Source: Candidatus Spongiisociaceae bacterium (GTDB lineage: Bacteria; Actinomycetota; Acidimicrobiia; Spongiisociales; Spongiisociaceae). From it: 64,000 bases of DNA. Positions within the stretch are counted from its first letter, which is position 1, and the number at the start of each line of letters is the position of its first letter. This document shows positions 39,214-50,710 of the stretch, in pieces. The translations under genes were made by a program, and so were the position numbers. The DNA lies in assembly GCA_965262915.1 (NCBI GenBank), contig OZ253564.1, positions 3,968,001-4,032,000 on the forward strand, written 5' to 3'. The notes under the pieces were generated by a model. The model ran no database searches and had not been told where the DNA came from. It saw only the letters and a program-made list of their open reading frames with translations.

Positions 39214-40983
39214 CTACCCGTCAGCCCTGTAGAGCGCTCCCCATATCGGCAGCTCGTCTGGTTCGTGCACGTAGCCTAGGAGACCCTTCGCCAAAGCGAC
39301 TTGGGTTGCGCCACCTGCGATCCACACCTCCGGAGCATCGTTGATGATGATCTCCATCGCCTCTCGGGCGAGAGGCTCCTGGACGGCCCTATCGGTCTCA
39401 GCTTTGAGCTGCGCGACGATCTCATCGATACGAGGGTTGGTGTATTGCGTCCAGTTGATGACCGACTTGGTCCTCCACCAGAGATTGAAGTGGAAGAACG
39501 GCTCATCGACGAAGTCGTTGAGCCAGCCACGCAGATACGCATCCCCGGTCGCCTTACCCATGGCTTCGGCGAGTACGGCGCCTGTCGCCCGCTCGATGTC
39601 CATGGTGACACCGATCTTCTGGTACTCGGACCGCAGGAATGTGGCGATCTCATCGACCAAAGTGTTTCCCTGCGGGATCATGAGGGTGAACTCGAACCCG
39701 TCGGCAAGACCTGCTTCTGCGAGCAATGCCTTCGCTTTGTCGAGATCGTAGGAGTACTTCTGCAGAGCGCCGAAGTTGAAGTCCTGGTAGTAGTTCGAGT
39801 TCGGTGACACCGGGCTCCCCAGATGCACACCTGTGCCCTGCAGGATGTCGTTGAGGATCGTCTCGTGCGGAACGGCGTAGTTGAGCGCCTGCCTCACCAT
39901 CCGGTTGTCGAAGGGCGGAACCTCGTTGTTCAAAATGAGCCGCAGGGTCCGCCGGCCCGGGATCTTGAGGACGTTGGCGGTGCCTGATTCATCGAGGCGT
40001 GCCAGCTGGCGTTCGTCGAGGTCCATCGCTATGTCAACCTCGCCGCGTTCGAGTAGCAGAACGCGGTTGCTGGCATCAGGAATGACCAGGAGCTCGACCC
40101 GGTCGAAGTAGGGATCGTCCCACGCCCATGCCGGGTTGGCCTCGAATACGATCCGCTGCCCGCGATCCCACTCAGCAAGCCGGTAGACGCCGTGGCCCGC
40201 GTAGTTCTGAGCGATCCATTCGTTCCCGCAGGGATCCTCCTCGGTGATGTGCGGCTTGATCGCCTCGGAGTCGAGTATCACTGCGACCTGCGCCCGGAGC
40301 TGGTTTTCGATGATGGGCGACGGTACCTCGAGCGTGACCCTGATCGTGTAGTCGTCGATCTTCTCCACCTGGTCGGTTGACAGCACGCCGTACGAGTTCG
40401 AGTTGAACATGGTGCTCGCCTTGGCACAGAACGCCCGCTCGTAGAACCACAGGAAGTCGTCGGCCGTCATCTCGTTACCGGTTGAGGGGAAGATGGTCCC
40501 CTGCCGGATGTGCATGGTCACCACTCGACCGCCATCCGAGTACTCCATTCGCTCCACAGCCCGGCCGATCCGGGTCGCGGTGTTGGCCATGGCGAACTCG
40601 CCCACCTCTCCGGCGGGTGGCTCGTAGAAGAGGAACTGGGCGTAGATGTTCTTCAACGTCATGTTCGTGAGCGTGTTCTGCCCGAAGATGGGGTCGATCG
40701 ACGGAAGATCGCCCGAGACTGCGATGCGCAGCGTCCGGACTTCGTCATCACCACCGGCCGCGGTGGTGGCTTCCTCCGTGGCGCTCGTTGTTTCCGGTGC
40801 GGCGCTCGTTGTTTCCGGTGCGGCACTCGTCGTTTCCGGCGCGGCACTCGTCGTTTCCGGCGCAGCGCTCGTTGTCGCGGGAGCGTCGTCCGCGGTGTCG
40901 GAGCCGCATGCACTGAACACGAGTGCTAGGGCCACCGCCGCCGCTGCACCTGTGATCAGCCTCGCTCGCCTTGATCTCTCCAT
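39214..40983 (-). CDS. Family 5 ABC substrate-binding lipoprotein
   Basis: Lipobox FSAC, APETTSA repeats, PPFDNRMVRQALNYA, YDLDKAKALLAEAG. Confidence 0.92.
   Translation of the reverse strand: MERSRRARLITGAAAAVALALVFSACGSDTADDAPATTSAAPETTSAAPETTSAAPETTSAAPETTSATEEATTAAGGDDEVRTLRIAVSGDLPSIDPIFGQNTLTNMTLKNIYAQFLFYEPPAGEVGEFAMANTATRIGRAVERMEYSDGGRVVTMHIRQGTIFPSTGNEMTADDFLWFYERAFCAKASTMFNSNSYGVLSTDQVEKIDDYTIRVTLEVPSPIIENQLRAQVAVILDSEAIKPHITEEDPCGNEWIAQNYAGHGVYRLAEWDRGQRIVFEANPAWAWDDPYFDRVELLVIPDASNRVLLLERGEVDIAMDLDERQLARLDESGTANVLKIPGRRTLRLILNNEVPPFDNRMVRQALNYAVPHETILNDILQGTGVHLGSPVSPNSNYYQDFNFGALQKYSYDLDKAKALLAEAGLADGFEFTLMIPQGNTLVDEIATFLRSEYQKIGVTMDIERATGAVLAEAMGKATGDAYLRGWLNDFVDEPFFHFNLWWRTKSVINWTQYTNPRIDEIVAQLKAETDRAVQEPLAREAMEIIINDAPEVWIAGGATQVALAKGLLGYVHEPDELPIWGALYRADG
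40779..40878 (-). repeat. 21-bp tandem repeats encoding the (APETTSA)n linker
   Basis: Four near-identical GCRCTCGTYGTTTCCGGYGC units plus a partial one. Confidence 0.85.
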
Positions 40984-41177
40984 GGTCTCTCTCCTCCAGC
41001 GTTGGACTCTTGGTCTGACGTTTCTCAGTGCCTACGACGCGTACTGACACTCGCGGTTAGGACCGCGGTTTCGGGTGACCGGTCGGCGGGTCCCCCCAAA
41101 CCGCTGACGAGGTCCTCGGAAATGGAGAGAACCCCCGAAAGGGTGAAGGGCTTGCCGGGGGATTGCGCAACCGGTTC

Positions 41178-41219
41178 GATGAAGGTTCCGCCGATGTCGA
41201 TCGCAACTCTGTGACGCAC
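41178..41219 (-). pseudogene. Hydantoinase/oxoprolinase N-terminal stub
   Basis: MRHRVAIDIGGTF then loss of similarity. Confidence 0.55.
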
Positions 41220-41267
41220 GGGGGATCTCCAAGCGCTTTACAGAACCATATACGGGGGTTCACCCGG

Positions 41268-41301
41268 TGTCAAAAAGCGCACAGTGATACGGAGAGCGCA
41301 C
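41268..41301 (-). promoter_or_regulatory. Candidate IclR operator pair upstream of Opp-type operon
   Basis: ...AGCGCAC-agtg-ATACGGAGAGCGCAC, same spacing as 31824-31857. Confidence 0.45.
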
Positions 41302-41499
41302 AACTGGGTGGAGTTCAATGACACCGGGCAAATGTGGTGGATAGTTGCACGTGGTAACCCGACTCCGACTTCACGATGTCTCTCATCAACCGAGAAGCGA
41401 CGTACGTTCTTCAACTGGGGGCATGGACCTGATACGAGTTGCGACCCTCCGTCTAGCCTCTACGACCGGAGCGGGGGGTAGACCCCGGCTAAGGGGGAG

Positions 41500-41945
41500 A
41501 GAAGAGTTAAGGTGTCTCCGGTGTACGGGACAACACGGGAGAGTCTGGATTGAGTCGCGGTGCTAGGGAGAACCGTGCCGGCTTGAGTGGGGGGGGCGGA
41601 TGGCCCCTTCGTCGTTGGGAACCGGCCGGGAGAACAACCGCTCGCCGCCAGTGGTCAGCGCACACACGAAATGTTTGCCCTTGGCTACATCTATACCGAC
41701 GACAACGTCAGCAGCGAACTGCGAGCGATCCTGCATTTGCAGATTCCTTTCTCAGAATTGTACGAAACGCTGCTCACAGGCACCGGCGCCTCAACCACTT
41801 TACGAACCAGCCTCACAACTTCGGTGCATGTCCCCCTCAGAGATCACAGGCACCCAACCACGGCGGGTGACATCACCCCCCAGGCCACCGGCTGCAGAAG
41901 GGCGAGATCAGTCCCTGGTCGGCAGGAGTCGACGTATCGATGAAG
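41500..41945 (-). mobile_element. Internally deleted IS110-family remnant with non-coding leader
   Basis: RBS AAGGA, ATG at 41736: MQDRSQFAADVVVGIDVAKGKHFVCALTTGGERLFSRPVPNDE, truncated near 41590; ends approximate. Confidence 0.65.
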
Positions 41946-41967
41946 CTCTCTGACCTCTGACCACCGG

Positions 41968-42024
41968 TTAGCAATCGTAGCCGGAGGCTGCTAACGTCTG
42001 GCACTCGTAAGGTACGAGTGCCAA
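41968..42024 (+). promoter_or_regulatory. Two tandem CIRCE (HrcA) operators
   Basis: TTAGCAATC-N9-GGCTGCTAA (41968-94) and CTGGCACTC-N9-GAGTGCCAA (41998-42024). Confidence 0.9.
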
Positions 42025-42118
42025 TCCAGGTGCCGTGGGAGACTACTGGTTTCTGGTGATGCCCGATCGGGCGGTTGGCGCTTTGTACGCATAGTCACCT
42101 GTTTAAGGAGGACTTCGG

Positions 42119-42409
42119 ATGAATCTGAAGCCACTCGGCGGCCGTGTGATCGTCAGGCCCAACGAGGATGACGAGCAGCGCACGTCGTCGGGACTGGTAA
42201 TCCCCGACACGGCCAAGGAAAAACCACAGACCGGAACGATTATGGCTGTGGGGCCTGGTGATCTGAGTGATGACGGAGAGCGGATCCCCCTCGATGTATC
42301 CGAGGGTGATGTGGTCGTCTACTCCAAGTTCGGAGGCACCGAATTGAAACATGAAGGCGATGAGTATCTGATCCTCTCGTCCCGCGACCTGTTGGCGATC
42401 GTCGGTTGA
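42119..42409 (+). CDS. groES: Co-chaperonin GroES
   Basis: [32 protein letters not shown]. Confidence 0.98.
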   Translation: MNLKPLGGRVIVRPNEDDEQRTSSGLVIPDTAKEKPQTGTIMAVGPGDLSDDGERIPLDVSEGDVVVYSKFGGTELKHEGDEYLILSSRDLLAIVG

Positions 42410-42432
42410 CGGTTGCTGTAGGACAGGATTAG

Positions 42433-44091
<1,659 letters not shown>

Positions 44092-44119
44092 CCCCCCAGA
44101 CCACCACATCTACCAGCAC

Positions 44120-44148
44120 GAGCGGCCCGCCCAACCGGCGGGCCGCTC
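44120..44148 (+). terminator. GC-rich hairpin after groEL
   Basis: GAGCGGCCCGCC-N5-GGCGGGCCGCTC. Confidence 0.7.
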
Positions 44149-44978
44149 CACGTCGAAGGCGCCCCGCCGGTTGACGAGCCTCTCGTCGTTGACGCCCTCG
44201 TCGAGATCTCGTCCGCTCTCTACGACGCTCAACATGTCGGGAGGGCCACAGCCAGCCGGGGGGACCTCTACGTGATGGATCAGGTGCTTGCGGCTGTCAG
44301 AACAATCAGCGATACGCTGGCCGTGCATGGGCCTTGTGGGCGAAGAAGACCGGCAACGCCAGAATATGGGATCGTCAGCTCCGATACGAGAGTCCCGCCG
44401 CAGCGTCTCGGGTTGTGGTCGACTCGCTCGAAAGCGCCGACGAGCTCATCGGCCACACCACGTTCGTGGAGGTCGCCCACAATCTGGAAGGCACCGGCAT
44501 CGAACGGGTCGACTTTTCCTGGCGGTGCGTGCTCGAAGCCGAGTGCAGTGCCCTTCGGGGAGAACGAGACGCGACCAGCTACCCGTGTGCGCTCGGAACC
44601 GAAAGCTCCGTCTGGCTCACAACACCGGTACCAACATCCCAGAGCGAACACGTCACCACACTCGACGCCCCGCCCCCGGAACCCGGATGGTTCCTCTACC
44701 GCTGACCCAAGCCCGACACGCCGCCGCGGCGGCGTCCTTCCCAACGGTAGGGCGGATCTCGAGGGGGTATCGGCTCTTGTGCTGTGGCAAACACTTCCGC
44801 CACGGACTTGGTCCGTTCCGGAGTTGACATGGTTCGCGTAGCCGACTTAGCGGATCATAGCCGGCTGAGCACGATACGGCTGTCGGGGTAGACGTTTCCT
44901 GGTGGCCTGGCCTAGCCTGCAAAGGGCGCCTCGGATGCCAAGACACCCAGAGCAGGGAGTGGATTCCTGAGTACGCGT

Positions 44979-45677
44979 GTGTTGTTCCTCGACGATTCGG
45001 GTAAACCCGACCTGAGCCACCCATCTCTAGGGTTGGTGATCGGCGGGTTCTCGGTGCCGTCCACTCAGGTACCAACCCTCAGCCGCAGGGTCGCGGGGGC
45101 TAAGGCAAGGTTCTATCCGGCCCGTGGGGATCCAGCCTCATGGGAGTTGAAGTCCTCCTACATCGTCAAGCCCAACCCGTGGAAGCGCCGCAAGAATCGT
45201 GACTTCGTGGATGAGACTATTCGGATCGTCGAACAGGCGGGGGGTACGGTCTACACGGTGAGCATCGACAAGCGCCGGATGCATCACCCGATGACCCTCA
45301 ACACAACGATGCCGCTACAGCTCCAAGCGCTTGTGGAGCACTTCGCTGTTGAGTGCGCCGAACACCGGGAAACGGGTCTGATCGTCTCCGACTGGTCTAG
45401 CCACCACCACGACGCGCACGCGAGTAAGTGCGTGGGCAGTTTCATAACCTCACGGCGCCTCCCGCTGCATCCAAGTGTGTACTACGCGAACTCGCTAACG
45501 ACGCCGACGATTCAGGTCGCTGATCTGATAGCAGGTGTTAGACGGCGGGTGGTCGAGGGGGACGGCCGTCTGGTTACGCTCAACCGCAGGATGGCGGCCA
45601 CGCGGACTCTGCCGCACAGCCCGGGGCTGATCACGGACCGGGGGCGTAGGTACACGAATCAGATCGAGTTGTTTTGA
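44979..45677 (+). CDS. DUF3800 domain protein (RNase H-like fold)
   Basis: LFLDDSG, LVIGG, ELKSS, LIVSD, IQVADLIAG. Confidence 0.85.
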   Translation: MLFLDDSGKPDLSHPSLGLVIGGFSVPSTQVPTLSRRVAGAKARFYPARGDPASWELKSSYIVKPNPWKRRKNRDFVDETIRIVEQAGGTVYTVSIDKRRMHHPMTLNTTMPLQLQALVEHFAVECAEHRETGLIVSDWSSHHHDAHASKCVGSFITSRRLPLHPSVYYANSLTTPTIQVADLIAGVRRRVVEGDGRLVTLNRRMAATRTLPHSPGLITDRGRRYTNQIELF

Positions 45678-45887
45678 GTAACCGGGTGGGCGTATCCAGT
45701 CTGCTGGTTCGGAGGGGAACAGGTGACACACAGGCCGCACGGCATGCCTGCCGCGGTTGGTGCCGGTTGCCAATCGCTCAGCGGGCTCCTACACTGATAT
45801 GTGCCTGTCCGCTCGGTTAGTAGGCGCAAGCTGAATGTAACCGAAGTGCGGCGGCGATGGGGCCCCGGAACGCACGGGGCCCTTTTT
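45678..45887 (+). ncRNA. Candidate structured RNA downstream of DUF3800 gene
   Basis: Multiple nested stems, GCAA tetraloop, possible loop-loop pairing, ending in intrinsic terminator. Confidence 0.55.
45860..45887 (+). terminator. Intrinsic terminator
   Basis: GGGCCCCG-N7-CGGGGCCC followed by TTTTT. Confidence 0.8.
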
Positions 45888-45964
45888 CTAGTTGGGTGTG
45901 TCCAACGCCTACCACAGTTCGCCTGCTTGCTTAGAGACACAGGACGACAGAGAACCATTCAGTC

Positions 45965-47674
45965 ATGAGCCGCACACGCAAACCGAGGAGCCGTCGCCCG
46001 AAACACAGCCGGGGCGCTAGAACGACCGGCGGTCGACGACCGCGGCCGAGTCGCTCGGAGTCGAGTAGCAGCGGTACCGTTGTGACCAAGGGGACGAAGC
46101 TGACCCCTCGATCCCTAGTGTTCGTCGGACCCGAAGAGGTGGTCACCACGTTCGAGGTCGAACACCCTTCGACGCTTGGGAACAGAACCGGCGGTCGGGC
46201 CCCACAGGATGCCACGATCATCAAAGGCTGCCCGAGCCTATATGCGTTGGAGACGTGCGAGACGCTGCAAATGGGCACCCTTCCCTACTACCGCAAGCAA
46301 GGCGATTCGCTCATCTGGGATCTGGGAGAGGGTGTCATCGCGGGCGACGAGCGAACCGAACGCCGCCGCGACGACCCAGCAGACCTCGACGCATACAAGC
46401 AAACAGACATCGAACTATCTGTAAGCCATCCGCTCGGGCGAGCAACCGAGCACAAGACCACCAAGCGCCTCAACGTGAACGAGACCTCCCAGGCCAGCCT
46501 CTTGCTCGGGGGCAATTGCCTCATCTGGTGCGCTTCGCTTGAGCCACAGACTGCCAAGAAATGGTCCTTGTGGTGGGACTCGCTGGAACCCGACTATGAC
46601 CATCCCACGTTTCTTGGCGAGCCTGCCCCGTTTGCGCGAGCGCTCGCTTTGATGGCCTCATCGCAACGGGATCTACTTCGTAGCTATCTCGACCTCCGAC
46701 ATCGGGAGACTGGTCACGTCGAGCAGTGCAGCAACTTGGCTGTGTTCTACGGTCCCGTCGTTTACTTGGACGATCCACGCGACTACATTTTGGAGCCTGG
46801 CGACGAACTTGAGATGATCGTCCGCCGTATCTTCACCAAGACGACGGAGCACCGACATCAACGCGAGTACAGGTTCGCGATACTCTCCCGACAGGGCCTG
46901 GACTGCGCAACTGTGCACCTGCAGGTTCCGCCCTCGATGAGACAGGCGTTGAACGCTGGCAGCGGCAGCAGAGCCAGAGGACTTCACCTGCCTGAAGGCG
47001 GACCTGCGTTCTGCATGCCTTCGCCTCGGCTTCTCCAGTGCTTTGCAGATGAAGTTGCTCCGGATTCTGCTGATTACCGTCACGGGTTGTCTCTCACCAC
47101 TGGTATGCGGGTGAGATTGTATATCAGCGGAACTCACCATAAGTCATCGAACACACTAAGCACTGCGGTGAGTGAGGTGGCAACACCAGACTATGAAGCC
47201 ATTGACGCGGCTATCAGGGCGGAACCACGAGTGCCCAATGACTCTCGCATCGCCAAGGTCACAATTGACGGGGGACCCGGCACAATCACCCGGATCTACT
47301 GCCTAGAGGGGATCTGGGGCATAATCCAATACAAGTCCGTGTCAGGTAGGGCATCTCTAAGATTTCGTGGATCGCATCCCAGCGACACAGCTCTCATCCT
47401 TTGCTGCAACGCCGACTTTGATGGGCAGTTCCGACTCGGCCACAGCGCCCAGCAACTCATCCTGGATGTCGTGCCCATGAACCCGGCGGCGACGGTTGAG
47501 ATAGATCACCCTAACCGCAACCCGGATCTGCCCCAGAACCACATCACGCTGTCTCTGACAGAGGACACCTGTGTCACTGTGACAGCGACATCTGAGGACG
47601 GCACCCAAGCTTCGAGCTTCGAGATCGTCATCGAAAGAGCACTCTGCCCAACCAACCAGAGCGAAACTGCATGA
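45965..47674 (+). CDS. Hypothetical protein; DUF2971-like central motif and C-terminal cadherin-like beta-sandwich
   Basis: 569-aa ORF; GPVVY...IFTK...HQREYRF; tail VTVTATSEDGTQASSFEIVIER. Confidence 0.65.
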   Translation: MSRTRKPRSRRPKHSRGARTTGGRRPRPSRSESSSSGTVVTKGTKLTPRSLVFVGPEEVVTTFEVEHPSTLGNRTGGRAPQDATIIKGCPSLYALETCETLQMGTLPYYRKQGDSLIWDLGEGVIAGDERTERRRDDPADLDAYKQTDIELSVSHPLGRATEHKTTKRLNVNETSQASLLLGGNCLIWCASLEPQTAKKWSLWWDSLEPDYDHPTFLGEPAPFARALALMASSQRDLLRSYLDLRHRETGHVEQCSNLAVFYGPVVYLDDPRDYILEPGDELEMIVRRIFTKTTEHRHQREYRFAILSRQGLDCATVHLQVPPSMRQALNAGSGSRARGLHLPEGGPAFCMPSPRLLQCFADEVAPDSADYRHGLSLTTGMRVRLYISGTHHKSSNTLSTAVSEVATPDYEAIDAAIRAEPRVPNDSRIAKVTIDGGPGTITRIYCLEGIWGIIQYKSVSGRASLRFRGSHPSDTALILCCNADFDGQFRLGHSAQQLILDVVPMNPAATVEIDHPNRNPDLPQNHITLSLTEDTCVTVTATSEDGTQASSFEIVIERALCPTNQSETA

Positions 47675-48199
47675 AGCACCCTGACCGTTCGGGCCCGTAC
47701 GCTGTGATGAGACCGGCTCGGGCGCTGCCATGCAAGAAGGCTCTCGCCTGAGCCGAGAGTGGCCCGAAACTGTTCGAGGCGCAAGCTGATCTGGGCTGGC
47801 GATCCCTACTTCCTACCCATTCGCGAAGAGCCCGCAAACAGGCATGGTTCCGACCTGGGCTACGCGTCAAGCGGGTACGCGGTGCAACGGGCCTCTACGA
47901 GATGACCTGGGCACCCGACGGACGCGCAACATTCTCATGGGGCCAACCCCTCACAATCGGGACACGACACGTCTTGTAGTACCGCTGCAGCGACCACAGC
48001 ATCCTCCCATAACCAAACCGGGCACTCACGGGCAGCCGTACCGGCCTCACGGAGGCCTACCAACCCACCTGAACCTGACCCGTATCCGGCCTTCGGGGAT
48101 GTCCCGTAATAATGGTTATGTAAAGTAGCGGACTCTTAGGGCGGGTAGGGGCCAAGCTTGGGAAGCGCCAAGCCTTTTGCTTCGGCGTAGGATGAGGGA

Positions 48200-49984
48200 G
48201 TGAGGGGTTCGTATTCTACACCGGCGTTGCTGTTCCTGTTGCTGTTGGGTCTTGCCGTTGTGGTTCTGTTGCATGCGTGTGGTGGTGACGAGGTCTCACC
48301 CACGACGGCCGTCGCCCCGTCAGCGACCACCCAATCTCCTGCCACGATGATCACGGTCCCGTCTACGCCTACCCCACCTACGTCCCTCCAGATGTCAACA
48401 TCTGCCGTGCCGGGGACAGTGGCGGTGTCGGCGAACACTATCGAACGGTTGTCACCTGACGAAGTGTATTTGCGGGTTGCGCCGTCGGTGCCATTCGTCG
48501 AAACCGCTACGGGTACGGGCAGCGGGGTCCTGATCGAAGGCGGTTACGTCGTCACCAACTACCACGTGGTCTGGCCGTATGATGCCGTTTGGGTGGTGTT
48601 CCCCGACGGTACCGAACTGCAGGACGTACCGGTCGTAGGTTGGGATCCCCTGGCGGATCTAGCAGTGCTGGGGCCGGTCAATGTATCAGCACGGCCGTTG
48701 GAATTGGTGGATGGGGAGAGTTTGGCGCCGGGTAGCGAGCTGTTTCTGGTGGGCTACCCGGCTGAAGTGGACCTGTTTCCACAGGCTTCTATCACCCGGG
48801 GTATCTTGTCACGCTTTCGAGAATGGGATCGTCTCGGCATGACATATCTACAGACCGATGCGGCTATCGCGGGAGGGCAGAGTGGTGGTGCGTTGGTCAA
48901 CTCGAACGGTGAGGTGGTAGGTATTTCCACATTCTCGTTCAGCGAAGCCGGGTTCGGGCTGGCGACATCCGCGGCTGATGACGCGCCCATCGTGAAGAAG
49001 CTCATCGAGGGCTGGAATGCGTCCGGTTGGAACGAACGGCGACTGCCGTCCGGCGCTGGTGCCTTCGAATTCGATATAGAGTTGGTCAACCAGTGGGACA
49101 CTCGGACCTTCGTCCTGGACCCAGCCGCCGGATCTATGCATGAGTTCTGGATAGACGGTCCAGAAGATGGATTGCTCCGACTGTTTGACCCATTCGGGCT
49201 GATCTTAGAAGTGGACGAAACCTACACAGGTCTCGAGTCCGGGACTGTGGAAGTTCAAACCGAAGGGATCCACTTCCTCCAAGTGGAGATGCTAGCGAAT
49301 GGTCCATCCGCGTTTACAGTGGGCAGTACGATCAAGATGACGCCTTTGAATGACCCGGATGATGGTCGGACTATCTCTGTGGGTGATACTGTCGTCGGAA
49401 GCCTCGACTATTTTTCTGAGTGGGACTGGTTCTTGATACACCTGAACGAGGGAGAGACGGTGAGGATCTATGCTGACTCTGTCGGTGTGGATACTCTGAT
49501 ATACGTTGACTTTCCTGGCTCATCCAGCCATCAAGTTGTCTATGACGACGACAGCGGTGGTGGATTGTCCGGGACAAACTCTCAACTAGTCTATAGGGCG
49601 CCATCCAACGGTAACTACTATATCGCCGTTACCGGCGCTTTAGACGATGATGTTGGTGGCTACTTCCTGTCGGTCGAGCCAGCACAGGACGGTAGCGAAA
49701 CGGTTAATGTGCCAGCCAGTCGCAACGAAGACACCTTTGATATCCTCATAAGCTCTGATCCAGTACTCGGTGAATATGAGCCTAGCACTTTGAGGGAGTT
49801 CGCTGGAGTAGTATGTGAAGCCATCGATAGCGGTTTACCGTTTGATGAGATCCTGTTGGGTATCTACACAGAGTCGCCTGCCGACTGGGATACAGACACG
49901 GCTGCCATATTCTTGGGATCAGCGGTCTACGGACTGTGTCCAGAGCACGCCGATGCTATGGACACATGGATAGAGAAGCTCTGA
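48200..49984 (+). CDS. Trypsin-like (S1C) serine protease lipoprotein with PPC-like and DUF732-like C-terminal domains
   Basis: Lipobox LHAC; GSG..VVTNYHVV, DLAVL, QTDAAIAGGQSGG; DDDSGGG..NSQL..GNYYI; C-terminal Cys pair ending LCPEH. Confidence 0.85.
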   Translation: MRGSYSTPALLFLLLLGLAVVVLLHACGGDEVSPTTAVAPSATTQSPATMITVPSTPTPPTSLQMSTSAVPGTVAVSANTIERLSPDEVYLRVAPSVPFVETATGTGSGVLIEGGYVVTNYHVVWPYDAVWVVFPDGTELQDVPVVGWDPLADLAVLGPVNVSARPLELVDGESLAPGSELFLVGYPAEVDLFPQASITRGILSRFREWDRLGMTYLQTDAAIAGGQSGGALVNSNGEVVGISTFSFSEAGFGLATSAADDAPIVKKLIEGWNASGWNERRLPSGAGAFEFDIELVNQWDTRTFVLDPAAGSMHEFWIDGPEDGLLRLFDPFGLILEVDETYTGLESGTVEVQTEGIHFLQVEMLANGPSAFTVGSTIKMTPLNDPDDGRTISVGDTVVGSLDYFSEWDWFLIHLNEGETVRIYADSVGVDTLIYVDFPGSSSHQVVYDDDSGGGLSGTNSQLVYRAPSNGNYYIAVTGALDDDVGGYFLSVEPAQDGSETVNVPASRNEDTFDILISSDPVLGEYEPSTLREFAGVVCEAIDSGLPFDEILLGIYTESPADWDTDTAAIFLGSAVYGLCPEHADAMDTWIEKL

Positions 49985-50034
49985 ATCCATAGCGCCCACT
50001 GCGCAGCTTGACCCTCGCTGCGGCGTTGTATCTC

Positions 50035-50170
50035 CCGTCGTACCAGGGTGAGTCCTTGGGTGAACCAGCGTACGACGTGAAAGCGGTCGAGCACATGGCG
50101 AGCGTCGGGCAGGTATTGCGCGATGGCTGCTTGATATCAGCGGGATCCGTCGCTCACGACTATCTCCACT
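50035..50170 (-). pseudogene. ISL3 transposase fragment
   Basis: VEIVVSDGSR*YQAAIAQYLPDARHVLDRFHVVRW. Confidence 0.7.
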
Positions 50171-50230
50171 TGGCGGCAGCAGCCGCATCGCCTCCTCGAG
50201 GGCTTTGCTGGTGGTGAGCCGGCGGATGTT

Positions 50231-50430
50231 CTACTGGTAGCCGGGGCGGAGTTTCCCGAGATCGGCGTGGAGGCGGTTGGCCCCGGCGGTGCGGTCATGG
50301 ACCAGCTCACGGCGGTTTGAGACCAGCACACGCAGATCTTCGGTGTCCTCCCAGTATGTTGGCGGGGCCAACGTGTCGTCTCGGAGAGCGATCCGGGCGA
50401 TCACCAACGCGTCCACCTGATCGGTGTTTG
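50231..50430 (-). pseudogene. IS110 transposase fragment
   Basis: TDQVDALVIARIA...LRVLVSNRRELVHDRT...NRLH. Confidence 0.7.
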
Positions 50431-50710
50431 TGGGCCCTGCGCGGTTTCGTGGGGTAGGGCGTTTCTGTTGTCGGTGTGGGGGTCATAATGCTCCTAATGG
50501 GGGTCCACCACTTCTTCTGGTGTTTCTGGGAGGGTGTGGTGGTTGAGCTGCCGGCCGGTGAGTACCGAATGCTCCTGGAACGCTGATTCCTGAACATAGA
50601 TCGTACCCCGGCCGGTTGGTGAGGCCGCTTGTAGCGCTCATGGGGTAGCGTGCCACAGAGCACTGATCCATTAGGTCGCCGCCAGGCGTTTCCTCCACAA
50701 CTCAGCAAGA

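Noticed and set aside
41100-41165. Glycine riboswitch-like GGAGAGA
   Set aside because: On the opposite strand to the downstream operon and lacks CCGAAG/CTCTCAGG elements
44150-44705. Possible gene after groEL
   Set aside because: Coding-like but frameshifted, lacks a start, and no family recognised
45772-45860. Twister-sister or HDV-like ribozyme in the DUF3800 3' RNA
   Set aside because: GCTCA and GCAAG are present but not in the required topology; kept only as an unclassified RNA
47695-47775. Hammerhead ribozyme (TGATGAG...CGAAAC)
   Set aside because: C3 of CUGAUGA is G and stems I/III cannot be paired
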